From positions 1 through 40,187 of the forward strand of contig NW_021835495.1 in the NCBI RefSeq assembly GCF_006345805.1: 40,187 bases of DNA. Direction: 5' to 3'. Positions 1 through 11,115 of the stretch are shown piece by piece (within the stretch, counting starts at the first letter, position 1; every line of letters starts with the position of its first letter). A program made the position numbers and the translations under genes. The stretch comes from Octopus sinensis. Taxonomy: Eukaryota. The notes under the pieces were generated by a model. That model worked only from the letters and a program-made list of their open reading frames with translations, did not search any database and was not told where the DNA came from.

Positions 1-539
1 CAGTCGAGTACTGGGGGGTCGATATACACGACTAGACCCCCACCCTACTTTTACGTAAAGGAAAACGTCGGTGACGTAACGAAACACGAAAAAAGTTCGA
101 GTGTTACGCTCTAAACAGCCTAAACTAGGAACGCATTGAAGTCATAATTCGAAATATTTTGGTCAGCACAATGAAACAACGTTTCTAAACATTGAAATTT
201 CGCGATTGTAAGAATTTCTAACGCTCGGTCTATGGGTGACAGCGTTAACCCAGTACGTATCTCCTTTATATAAATTCTTTTAGATTGCATTTAGCATAAT
301 GGTTATAGACTGGCAGACTCCGTAAAACGATGGATAAAATCACTCGCGGTATTTTATTACATTTATTTATTTACGTTATGATATCAAATTCCGCTAGATG
401 TCAGTTTGCATTCCGGTCAGTCAGGGATCAATAATATAATTACCAATTGAATTATTTTTATCGATTTTCTTGACCCCCCTCCCTCCTTGTTCACCGACCA
501 GAAATGGTGTAATCGTGTGTCTACATATTGACGTCATGA

Positions 540-650
540 TTGCTGTTGTTTGTTATTGTTGTTATGTTGTTTGTTTATTAACCTGATGTCAACCTTGATG
601 GAATAAACTTGTGATCAAAAGCGTTCCAGCTGTGACCACTCAGACTATGT
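540..650 (-). repeat. Fragment of ~200-bp dispersed repeat with (AAC)n tail (family E)
   Basis: Reverse complement contains GGTTGACATCAGGTTAATAAACAAACAAC, resembling the GGGCTAAACAACAAC end of the copies at ~14280 and ~16560. Confidence 0.45.
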
Positions 651-749
651 TTAGGATGTATGTAAAATTGCTTTATTCAAGACAGTGGACCTCTTTCATT
701 CCGGTGGATCCCCACAGCCATTAAAAAAAAACTAATTTTATATACATTC

Positions 750-952
750 TGCTCTTTTACACGTTTTAGTTCTTTGACTGCAGCCATGCTGGAGCACCAC
801 CTTCAGTCGACGAAATCGACCCCAGGACTTACTCTTTGTAAGCTTAGTACTTATTCTATCAGTCGCTTTCGCCGAACCGCTAAGTTACGGGGATGTAAAC
901 ACACCACCATCGGTTGTCAAGCGATGGATGGTGGGGGGAAAACATAGATGCA

Positions 953-987
<35 letters not shown>

Positions 988-1144
988 AAAGACGGGCTCC
1001 TTTCAGTTTCAGTCTACCAAATCCACTCAAAGCTTTGTTCGGTCCGAGGCTATAATAGAAGACACTTGCCCAAGGTGCTACGCAGTAGGACTGAACCCGG
1101 AACCATGTGGTTGGGAAGCAAGCTTCTTACCACACAGCCACGCC
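750..1144 (-). mobile_element. tRNA-derived SINE, family A, near full length (head, core, internal TG/TA microsatellite, tail)
   Basis: Minus strand reads GGCGTGGCTGTGTGGTAAG (A-box-like) and GGTTCAGTCC (B-box-like), core CCTTGGGCAAGTGTCTTCT, tail GCATGGCTGCAGTC. Co-linear with the copies at 2160-2540 and 38578-38993. Confidence 0.85.
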
Positions 1145-1174
1145 TTCTTTAAACATTTCTTTTTCCCCCTCCAT

Positions 1175-1372
1175 TAACTTACGTAGATCGAACTACGTAA
1201 AACAAAGTAAGGAACCAAGCTGTCCCTTGCAATAAATACTTCTGAAGCAAGGCTCTCTCAGACCCTGAAAAGACCTCTGTGGATTCCTAATTTACTCTTT
1301 TACTTGCCTTGACCCCTAAAAATCTTACATGGACCCCCAGGAGTCAAACGAACTCTGATTGAGATTCCCCGA
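1175..1372. mobile_element. Right-end fragment of the hAT-like MITE seen at 15027-16309
   Basis: Shares GGAACCAAGCTGTCCCTTGCAATA, ATCTTACATGGACCCCCAGG and terminal GATTGAGATTCC with the corresponding parts of 15780-16309. Confidence 0.55.
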
Positions 1373-1542
1373 TTTTCCTTGTTTAAGCCGGTGGGGCGCA
1401 ATTTTAAGGATAGTTGTCCGCTTCTTCTAGAATTTTCTTATGATCTCTTTCATTAGCTTGTGTTTTTTTTTCTTTTTTAAATTAATGCGGTGGCGTGTGG
1501 TGCAGCAGAAACCAGTAGGTGTTTAGTTTAGTTACTTTACAA

Positions 1543-1708
1543 TATTTATTTTCACGTCCTGAGTTCAAATTCCGCCGAGGTCGACCCTGCCTTTCATTCT
1601 TTCGAGGGCGATAAATTAAATAACAGTTGCGCATTGGGGTCGATCTAATCGACTAGCCCCCTGCTCAAAATTTCGGGCCTTGTGTCTAGACTAGAAAAGA
1701 AAAGAATA
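1543..1708 (+). mobile_element. SINE family B (central domain resembling Nin/Deu-type cores), 5'-truncated
   Basis: CTGAGTTCAAATTCCGCCGAGGTCGAC-GCCTTTCAT...GGGGTCGAT motif, found at more than 10 sites in the window. Confidence 0.8.
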
Positions 1709-1830
1709 TTTGTTTTTACGCCCAATTGCATTTCGTGTTCAAATCCAACCAGAGCGGACATCGTCATTCATATCAGCACAGAGACACGTTTATAACGGTA
1801 ATACATCGTAATCAAATAAATTAATAACAG

Positions 1831-2040
1831 CTTCAAATTTTGGCACAAGGCTAGCAATTTCCAGGGATGGGTTTAAGTCAATTTAATCGACCCCAGTGTT
1901 CAACTGGTACTTATTTTATCGACCCTGAAGGGATGAAAGGCAAAGTCGACCCCCGCGAAATTTGAAATCAGAACGCAAGAACGGACGAAATGGTGCTAAG
2001 TATTTTTCCCGGCTTGCTAATGATTCTGCCAAACCCGCCA
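1831..2040 (-). mobile_element. SINE family B, inverted relative to 1543-1708
   Basis: ATCGACCCCAGTG...GGTACTTATTTTATCGACCC...GGATGAAAGGCAAAGTCGAC is the reverse complement of the family B core. Confidence 0.8.
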
Positions 2041-2159
2041 CATTTAACAATAGTAGTAGTAATAATAATAATAATAGAGTTTGCTTTAAAGGTAGACATC
2101 TTTATCAGTCAGTGCAATATATGAAGATGCTATCTGAGGGGTTCTTTTTGCGTTTCAGC

Positions 2160-2540
2160 CCTTAGATTGCGGCCATGCTGGGGCACTGCCTTGAAAAATT
2201 TTAGTTGAATGACTCGACTCCAGTTTTGTTTTTTTTTATTTTAAAACCTGGTGCCTAGTCTGTTTGTCGGATCGCTAAGGTTCATGGACGTAAATACACC
2301 AACGCTGTTTGTCAAACAATGATGGTGGACAAACAAACACACACACACACACACACACACACATATTATATATATACACACATGAAGAGCTTCTTTTAAT
2401 TTCCTTTCACCAAATCCACTCACATGAGTTTGGTAGGCCTGAAGCTATAGTAGAATATATTTGCCCAAGATGCCACGCTGTGGCACTGACCCCGGAACCA
2501 TGTGGTTTGGAAGTAAGCTTCTTACGATACAGCCACACCC
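2160..2540 (-). mobile_element. SINE family A, near full length
   Basis: Co-linear with 750-1144 (GCGGCCATGCTG ... CAAATCCACTCAC ... CCCGGAACCATGTGGTT). Confidence 0.8.
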
Positions 2541-3069
2541 ACAGACTACTAAAAAAATCCCTCTCTTATCTGTTATTATAGTCTACGTTAATACAATGGC
2601 CGTCGAAGCGCGCCCATATTTTGAAAAAAAAATCAAACAACGTTTCAACTCTGCGTGAGTATAAGTGTGTATGTAAAAGGGAGACGTGTGTGTGTGTGTA
2701 TGTATGTGTGTGTGTGTGTGTGTGTAATGGAAGCGAGATAGTGAACATTCAACACTGAAAAGAAATATTGAACAGCGTTTCAACTCTCTGTGTGTGTATA
2801 CAGGGGAAGTATGTGAATGTTTGTATCTGATTATTTTGTACCTTATTTATAAATAAATATTACAATTAGCCGTCATTTTTGGTGGCACGGAGCCAGCTAG
2901 TAATATTATAGATAACAATACAAACGTTGTGTCAATGTGACAGAAACTAATAGAAAGAATCGGTTGAGCACCGTAAAAATATCTTGCGGTAACAGTCGGA
3001 CATGTATCGTTACATGCAAAATATTAAAGATTTTGGGAAAAGGACATCAGTTTTAAAGGATAGATAGAT

Positions 3070-3070
<1 letters not shown>

Positions 3071-3113
<43 letters not shown>

Positions 3114-3159
3114 AGAAAGAGAGAGAGAGTGAAAGGGAGAGAGTGAAAGGAGAGAGAGT

Positions 3160-3190
<31 letters not shown>

Positions 3191-3272
3191 TGAGAGTGAA
3201 AGAGAGAGAGAGAGTGAAAGAAAGAGAGAGAGAGAGTGAGAGAGAGACAGACAGACAGACAGACAGAGAGAA
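3071..3272. repeat. (GA)n / GAGT / GACA polypurine microsatellite
   Basis: Directly visible. Confidence 0.95.
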
Positions 3273-3275
3273 AGA

Positions 3276-3440
3276 AAGTCAATTATATTGTCCCCAGTAC
3301 TCAACTGGTATTCATTTTATCGATCCACAAACGATGTACGGCAAAGTCGAACTCGAAGGAATATGAAATCAGGACATAAAGGCGGACGAAATGCCGCCAA
3401 TCACTTCGTCCGGCATGCTAATGATTCTACTAGTTCACCA
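3276..3440 (-). mobile_element. SINE family B, degenerate
   Basis: CCCCAGTACTCAACTGGTA...GGCAAAGTCGAAC...GGACGAAATGCCG. Confidence 0.65.
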
Positions 3441-3474
3441 CAGTAACTACTACTACTACCACTACTAGTACTAC

Positions 3475-3665
3475 AGCGAGCTTGTATGAATGCTAGTGCG
3501 TCAGAGAAAAAGTTTAGCTGTATTTCGTCCGGTTCTTTGCGTTCTGAGTTCGTATTCCGCCGAGGTCTGCTATGTCTTCTATCCAAGGGTACCAGTTGAG
3601 CACTGGGGGTCGATGTAACCGACTTCATCCCCATCTTCCAAAATTTCAGGCCTTTTGCCTATAAT
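3475..3665 (+). mobile_element. SINE family B
   Basis: GTATTTCGTCC...GTTCTGAGTTC...CCGCCGAGGTC...GAGCACTGGGGGTCGATG; ends at an (AAT)n tract. Confidence 0.7.
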
Positions 3666-3718
3666 AATAATAATAATTATTATTATATTATATTATTATT
3701 ATTATTATTATTATTATT

Positions 3719-3905
3719 AAGGCGGCAAGCTGGCAGAAGTTTATTTCGTCTGCCGCTACGTTCTGAGTTCAAATTCCGAAGCCGACTTTGCTTTCATCTT
3801 TTCGGGATCGATAAATCAAGTACCAGTGAAACACTAGGGTTGATGTAATCGATTAGTCCCCTTCCACAAATTTCAAGCCTTGTACCTATGATAGAAAGGA
3901 TTATT
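3719..3905 (+). mobile_element. SINE family B with internal deletion in the head
   Basis: GGCGGCAAGCTGGCAGAA joined directly to TATTTCGTCTGCCGCTACGTTCTGAGTTCAAATTCC. Confidence 0.8.
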
Positions 3906-4295
3906 GCTATTAATACTACTTAGTTAATAATTACAGTTATTAATAATTAGTTAATATTATTTAGTTAAATCTTTTCAATGTGGTAATGAAAGACCATTGG
4001 ATGGAAAGAGCTTTGTGTTTAAGTTCGCTTCGCAGTCAAGTAGTTCTTGATGCAATCCAACACTGAAGCACCATGGGCAAATGGTTCCTACCATAAGTAG
4101 GGATTGCAAGAGTTACGATGAATTAACGGTCGCATCGCAGAAGCCATTTGGGTCGGAATGAACTTGGTATTTATTTATTCATTTATTTTTTTGTGGATGT
4201 CGGACTTAACTCAACGTTTGGAGTGTTATCACCAAATGGCAATGGATTTGCTTTTAGCAAAATCTACTTTTTTGTTAGAATTTGGATTATTTTAC

Positions 4296-4380
4296 CGAAG
4301 TGTAGATAAGCTGGGAGTAAGGTTTTCTTCATCTCCGCAAGTATTGGAAGCTCTGAAAAACCGTCGGCAGGAGACGCCAT
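4296..4380 (-). CDS. Candidate first coding exon, MASPADGFSELPILAEMKKTLLPAYLHF(G); unverified
   Basis: AAAACAATGGCG start context in unique sequence and a donor-like TCG|GTAAAA at 4295. No homology recognised. Confidence 0.2.
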
Positions 4381-5769
4381 TGTTTTCTGACTGAGGTATG
4401 ATAAAAATAAGAAATAAACGATAATAGTTCACTTCTCGAGGAAATGATGCGTCAAATTTTAGTTTCAATCGCAGGTTTAGATCTTACAAAGACTTATTGC
4501 CTTCCATCATGATCCCAATAAGTAACAGTAACACGTACGTTGTTGTTTCCATCGACTATATTCACATCTCATTTTCTTTTTAAACTAAAAACGGAAATCG
4601 GGGTTCTACCACGAATGGAAATTAAAGGTTTTGTTCTTGCTTAATGAAAACCATTTCGACTTATGCCCCGAATGCTCTTGAAGGCAAAAAGTGCAAGCAC
4701 GAACATCATATAATCCTCATTCTCATTTCCGATAAATCTGACGTTATTTAAGCGGATTAAAAATATATTGACCTTTTTTCATATCGTTTTTATGCATAAT
4801 CTTTGCATGTGTATGAATAGGTTATATATAATAGATATATCTCTCTCTATATATCTATATATATATCTGTTATTTTGTATTGGTCGTGGCTATCATGATT
4901 GTTAGTAGATTTGATAAGAATGGGTATGTCCACGCGCACATACACACACATATATATATCCAAGTTTATTGCCGCAAAAGGGTCACTTCCAAAGAGAAAC
5001 TCTCAGCTGTGACGAAGTGCATTTACTTCAAACAAATATACGTATATATTTGTATATATATGCTCTACAATATGTATTGAGTATTCTTCCAGCCGTATGT
5101 TAAATATTCGTACAATAATAAATAAGAAATTCATGCATATATGTGAGAACGGATGAAACGCATATATATGTACGTGTGTGTGTACGTGCGGACAGATGAT
5201 GTTCGAACTATATATATATGTTGTGTGTGTGTGTGTGTTTGTGTGTGTTGGTCTGTCTGTTTTTGTGTGAAGTTGCCGAGAGTAGAAGTTGGACCGCAGT
5301 GCCTGATGACGTCAGCGATTCGCCGGCCGCCACCGACGAACTGCTAATGTTGTCCGACGTGTTGCATGAAACGATTTATATATAAACATTTATAGCAAGC
5401 CAAAGAGAAAAATGGAAGCTTTGTGAGATGGTGGGCATTCTGCAATGATGGGTAGTAAGAGCTGAAGGTCACGACAGCCATGTAACGATTACAGCGACAG
5501 CGGTGGTGGTTGTGGTGGTGACAGTGATATGGACGGCGTTACGTCTCTTGTTGTTGATGATGATGATGATTGTGATGGGAGTAATAATGATAATGGTGGT
5601 GTTGGTGGTGGCGACCAAAATAAAGAATGACGTTGAACTGTTCTCTCTCTCTCTCTCTCGTCAGTTTAGAGAGGCCACGCCCCTTCTGAGTGTTATGTCA
5701 CCTGCCACCACCACTACTGTTGCCACAGTTACCATAGTCACTGTTGCTTCCTGGGATACTTTTCTACAA

Positions 5770-6385
5770 TTTCGAAGAAGTGAGAGTAGGAGGTGAAGGT
5801 GGAGGTGGAGTAGGTGATAATATTCGTGGTAGCAGTGGTGGTGTGAGTTGGATGTATAAACAACGTAAGAGGTGAGAGAAGAGGAGACAATGAATAGAGA
5901 GGAAATAGCGTGAGAGTGAGGGAGGAAAGAGAGACAAAGTGTAATGGGAGACAGTGAACAGAGAGTGAAAGTGGAAAGAGTGGGTTGGAGGAAGGACAAG
6001 GGTGTTGGTGGGAATAGAACGAGATGTTGTGTAAGGAGGGGGGGGAGAAAATGTAACAGTGAAATGAGGTGGTGGTAGTGGTAGTGGTGGTGGTGGGACA
6101 AGAGGAGATGTTGAAAGCCTGAGGGGGTGGGGAAGAACAGCATTTGTGAGAGAGGTGAGTGGTTGATACTCAGAGAGGAAGAGGTGCAAAGAAAAGAATG
6201 AGAGAGAGAGAGGGTGGTGGGGCGGTTAAATGAAAAAAAAAAAGTAGCCGTGGAATTCTGGGAAGTTCCAATAACAGAGAGGAGAGATAGTGAAAGAGAA
6301 AGTAATAAGAAAAATGAGAGGGAAAGAGAAAGTCGAAAGGCATAGGAAGGGGAGAGAGAGAGAGAGAGAGAGAAAGAGAGTGTGT
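5770..6385. repeat. Purine-rich (GA/GGT/GAG) low-complexity tract
   Basis: Strong purine bias on the + strand with embedded (GA)n runs. Confidence 0.85.
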
Positions 6386-6409
6386 TGAGTGATAGAGATG
6401 TACAAAAAA

Positions 6410-7065
6410 GCATGCATGTATATACTTCTATATATGTATATATATATGCATATATATGTGCACGTGTAAACACACACATATATATATATATATGTATATA
6501 CAAACATATATACACACATAAATATATATATATATATTATATTATATATACACCCACGTATATATATACAGATTATATATATACATATATATATGTAATA
6601 TATATACACACACGTATATATATACATATATATATATATACATATATAGTATATATATATACATATATATATGTATATATATATACATATATATATATAT
6701 GTATGATAATAGATACATTCATAGATATATATTAAATAAACATATTATACATTCATATATATATATATAAATACACACATATATATATACACATTAAATA
6801 TAAAATATATAAATACACATATATACATTCATATATATATATATAAATACACACATATATATATACACATTAATATATAAACATATATAAATACACATAT
6901 TCTCACATAAATGAATTGAATATATATATATATATATGAATATATTTTCATATGCACGTATATTTATGTATGCACACACGTATATATATATGCACATATG
7001 AATATGTATGCATACAGTATGTGCATGTATATACATATATATATACAATATATTATATATGTTGA
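6410..7065. repeat. Compound (TA)n/(CA)n microsatellite, including a ~76-bp local duplication near 6750-6900
   Basis: Directly visible. Confidence 0.9.
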
Positions 7066-7434
7066 CAGAGAGAAGTGCAGAGAGGGAGAGGGAGAGAAAG
7101 AGAGCGAAGGATATACAGTAGGAAGAGTCAGAGGTGAAGAAGTACATGGTGGGAGGTGAAGGTTGTGGGGTGAATGGGGGTTGGTATTTTTCCGTCGTTC
7201 ATCCAATCAGTGAAATCACTAGGAGGATAGGTGGGAGGTAGTGACATTACAGACGGCAGTAGAGAGAGAACTAGAGAAACAGAGAGAGGGTTGTTAGGGA
7301 TAGGGGAGAGGGAGGGGTCAAAGGTGCAACAGGAGTTGGAGGAGGAACAGAGGGGGTTGTGGAGTGAGAGAGAGCGAGATAGGGGGCAGGGTTGGTGAAG
7401 TCATCAGTGTAAATAGAAAGGGAGGGGATGGAGT

Positions 7435-7449
7435 GTATGTGTGTGTGTG

Positions 7450-7499
<50 letters not shown>

Positions 7500-8190
7500 G
7501 CGATACAGATCAAAGAGGTGAAGGGGTTTGTAGGGAAAACGTGAGTAGATGTATGCGTTTATATACATATTATATATATATAATATATATATATTATATA
7601 TATTATATATATATATATATTATAATGTATGTACGTGCACAAATAGAGATCTATTGCATACCCAGTATTGCGTGCTCTCTTCTGTATATATTTACAATAT
7701 TACATGTTACAGCTGTGGCGTGTTTCTTTGTAAGTGGGTATATATATATATATACACATCTTAGATATATCTGTGTGCATACGCGTTAAATACATACACA
7801 CATATACCCGTGTGCGCATATATATATATATATATTATATATATATTATATACACACACACACATTCATGTATATATATATTCAATATATATATAGATAT
7901 GATATATATATACATGTATATTATATATATATATATATATATGCATGTGTAAATGATATATATATGCGTATATATAATACAGAAATATACATCATGTTAT
8001 ATATATGCTATATATTACATGCTACATATAATATATATAACATATATCATATATATATATGTATATATATATATATATCTTATACACACACACATATATG
8101 TATGGACACAGACATACATTTTACCATATGTAATATGTATATATATATATATATGTGTGTGTGTTTGCTTGTATGTGTACATGTATATAC
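7435..8190. repeat. Compound (TA)n/(TG)n microsatellite region
   Basis: Directly visible. Confidence 0.9.
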
Positions 8191-8364
8191 ATATATGGAG
8201 GGAGGGAGAGAGGGAAGGGGAGTAAGTGGGGTATAGAGGTGAAATTAGGGATTACTTCAACAAGTATGAGGAATTCTGATGGGGAGCGAGGAGACGTGGG
8301 TTGGACGATCGGGCGTGACGTCATCAGTGTACATATCGACAATGGTAGGAATGGTGGTGGTGGT

Positions 8365-8550
8365 GGTCGTGGTTTGTTTGTCCTCTTGTGTAACCATGAC
8401 TGAGAAGCCCATAATAAAACTTATTCCATCCATGACCGTCCTGAATGGTGTTCCAGTGTATCTAGGAGTAGTATAATCCAATGTGCGATTGTTTGAATTG
8501 AGGGAGTTATGGCTGCTATTTCAAGTGTACTCGTTGAGTCTCCGTCAACA
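8365..8550 (-). repeat. Family E dispersed repeat, old copy
   Basis: Reverse complement CTTGAAATAGCAGCCATAACTCCCTCAATTC matches AACAGCTAAATTTCCCTCAAATT (~14357) and AAATAGCACCTAAAGTCACCACAAATC (~16432). Confidence 0.6.
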
Positions 8551-8564
8551 TTGATCGTGTGGTG

Positions 8565-9620
8565 GTGGTGGTGAAGTGTGTGATAATGGTGGTGATGATG
8601 ATTGTGGTGTGGTGGTGGTGCAGATGGTGGTGGTGGTGGTGGTGATGGTGGTGATGATGGTGGTGGTGGTAGTGGTGATGATGGTGGTGGTGGTGGTGAT
8701 GATGATGGTGGTGGTGGCGATGACAGTGATGATGATGATGGTGAAGATGGTGGTGGTGGCGATGAAGGTGGTTGTAGTGATCATGATGATGATGATGGTG
8801 GTGATGGTGCTGTGGTTATGGTGATGACAATATTGATGATGATGTGTATGACAAAGAGGGGAAAGACGGAGGAAGAAACTATAAGGAGGAGGAGGAGGAG
8901 GAAAGGGGATGGGAGGCAGAAGATGAAGAAAAGGAAACGCTAATTTCCACATAGTAGTAGTAACAGTAGTAGATCCGGTGAAAATAGTGTTGGTGGTAGT
9001 TGTGGTGGGAATGGTGGTGGTGATCGTTGTAGTAGTAGTAGTAGGTGAACTGACGTAAGTGGTAGTGGTTGAGGTGGTAGTGGAATTGTCGACTGAGTTG
9101 GTAGTGAAGAAAGTGGCAAAGGCGGTGGGTGCAGCACTAGTAGTGGTGGTAGCAGTAGTAGCACCAGTAGTAGTAGTAGTGGTGTGGTGGTGTGGTAGTG
9201 GTGGTAGTAAGTGGTGGTGTGGTAGTAGTAGTAGTGGTGGTGGTGTGGTAGTAGAGTATGGGTGGTGGTGGTGTAGTAGTAGTAGTGAGTGGTGGTGGTA
9301 GTAGTAGTAGTTAGTGATGGTGGTGGTAGTAGTATAGTAGTAGGTGTAGTGATGTGGTGGTAGTAGTAGTAGTAGTAGTGATGGTGGTGTAGTAGTAGTA
9401 GTAGTAGTGATGGTGTTGTTAGTAGTAGTAGTAGTAGTGATGGTGGTGGTGGTAGTAGTAGTGGTAGTAGTAGTGGTGGTGGTGGTGATAGAAATAATGA
9501 TAATGATGGTTGTCGTTACAATAGTGTTTGCGCTCCTCATCAAGATAATGGACGGTACAGTGTGCGGCTGCTGCTGCTGCCACTGCTGCTGCCATGGCTG
9601 CTGCTGCTGTTGTTGTTAGT
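8565..9620. repeat. (GGT)n/(GAT)n/(GTA)n/(GCT)n trinucleotide low-complexity block
   Basis: Directly visible; explains the Thr-, Val- and Gly-rich ORFs in the track. Confidence 0.9.
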
Positions 9621-9904
9621 ACTGTCATTGGCGATGATTGTTATCTATTGTGATGAAAAATATTTGGAAAACTGACCTATTTTGATCTTTCCTTTCTTTC
9701 CTTTTCCCCTCCGCCTTCTTTCTTCCCTACGCCCCCCCCCCCCCCCCTCCTTTCACCCTCCTTCTATATTTGGTCATCCAAGAGATTTACTAGAATTTAC
9801 TGGCATTCAGCCTTGGAGCTAACATTTCTACATTTCTAGCTGCCACTGTGAATTTCTGTGGAAATATTTGCACTGTTGTTTTAAACTATTGCGTCATAAA
9901 CTGC

Positions 9905-9906
9905 AC

Positions 9907-9937
<31 letters not shown>

Positions 9938-10045
9938 CATCCATCCATCCACTTGTCTATGTCTATGTCTATCTATCTATCTACTTGTCTATGTCTATCT
10001 CTCTATCTACTTGTCTATGTCTATCTATCTATCTACTTGTCTATG

Positions 10046-10091
<46 letters not shown>

Positions 10092-10165
10092 CACTTGTCT
10101 ATGTCTCTCTTTCTACCTATCTATCTTTCAATCTACTATCTATCTACTTAGCTATCTATCTACAT
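9905..10165. repeat. (TCTA)n tetranucleotide array with recurring CTACTTGTCTATG variant units
   Basis: Directly visible. Confidence 0.95.
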
Positions 10166-10268
10166 GTGTATATTCATTTATGTATATAAATATGCATGTA
10201 TACAAATATATATATTTATATGTATATATATATACTAATATAATATATATATATATTATATAATATGA

Positions 10269-10299
<31 letters not shown>

Positions 10300-10351
10300 T
10301 TTTTGTGTAATGTTAATTTAAGTTTGGGTGTATATGTATACATGTAAGACT

Positions 10352-10620
10352 TATTGGTTAGGGTGTTACACTCAATAATCGCGACATCGTGGTTTCAATT
10401 CCTAGATAGAGTCGTGCGTTGTGTTCTTGAGCAAAACACTTCACCTCACGTCACTCTGCGATCACTTCGCCACCTGACGCTTGCTACACCGTACACCTAT
10501 TCAGGCGACGTCGATTTGATGGAGAGAGAGAGAGAGAGAGAGAGAGAAAGAAACATGTGTTCACTATAAACAAATCATTTGTGCAGGTCGTTCGACAAAT
10601 GCTGACCTCTGATACGTGGT
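10352..10620 (+). mobile_element. tRNA-derived SINE of a further family, interrupted by (GA)n
   Basis: TGGTTAGGGTG (end of A-box), GGTTTCAATTCC (B-box-like), core CGTTGTGTTCTTGAGCAAAACACTT shared in reverse complement with 20200-20220. Confidence 0.6.
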
Positions 10621-10810
10621 CCTCGTTGGGAGAGTCCTTCGTGCATGCACACACATATTTTATACACAAACACATATACACTAATGTTTGATTTTATGTC
10701 GATTTAAATAAAAAACGACTTTACAAAAACTGAATGATTACTCACTACAGGGCGAGACTTCGAAGTCACTATTCATATAACAGTATTATATATATATATA
10801 TATATATATA

Positions 10811-11115
10811 GATCGCTAGCCTCTATATCTTTTTCTATTTTCTCACCCTGTTTATTTCTGTGTTCCTTTCTGTCGAAGAGCATAGGCTCGAAACGTAAAA
10901 GACTTTCTCACTTCCCGAGCGTTAAACTAATACATCTGTCTGTTGTTTACACACCTATCTTCGTCTTGTCTTTTTTTTATAAATTCTCACTATATATATA
11001 TATGTTCGCTATGTTGGACCACTGAACTCAATACGTTTTCTTTTTTTTCATTCTCTCTCTATCTCCTCTTATTTTTTTCTATCGAAGAGCGTAGGTTTGG
11101 AACGTAAAAGAATCT
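10811..11115 (+). mobile_element. Penelope-like / retrozyme-like non-autonomous repeat, partial tandem (about 209-bp period), next to (TA)n
   Basis: CTGTCGAAGAGCATAGGCTCGAAACGTAAAAG at 10870 and CTATCGAAGAGCGTAGGTTTGGAACGTAAAAG at 11079, each preceded by a pyrimidine tract. Confidence 0.55.
10866..10901 (+). ncRNA. Minimal type I hammerhead-ribozyme-like motif (core variant CUGUCGA)
   Basis: Stem I CUUU/AAAG, core CUGUCGA, stem II GAGC-AUAG-GCUC, GAA, palindromic ACGU stem III, cleavage triplet GUA (10895-10897). A6 is U, so activity is uncertain. Confidence 0.5.

Noticed and set aside
1179-1200. Hairpin TTACGTAG-ATCGAA-CTACGTAA
   Set aside because: It falls within a decayed hAT-MITE subunit and is not conserved in the other subunits.
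5303-5345. CUGAUGA...GUC/GAC...GAAC as a hammerhead
   Set aside because: It lacks the conserved A15.1 (GAAA) and stems I and III; the match overlaps a CRE palindrome and is likely chance.
8257-8481. Protein-looking ORFs on both strands (MDYTTPRY..., MGSEETW...)
   Set aside because: The unique-looking part aligns with the family E dispersed repeat.
8545-9543. 332-aa Thr-rich mucin-like ORF on the minus strand
   Set aside because: Built from ACC/ACT/ATC repeats, drifts between Thr, Leu and His runs as expected from slippage, with no signal peptide or domain. Overlapping frames are equally open.
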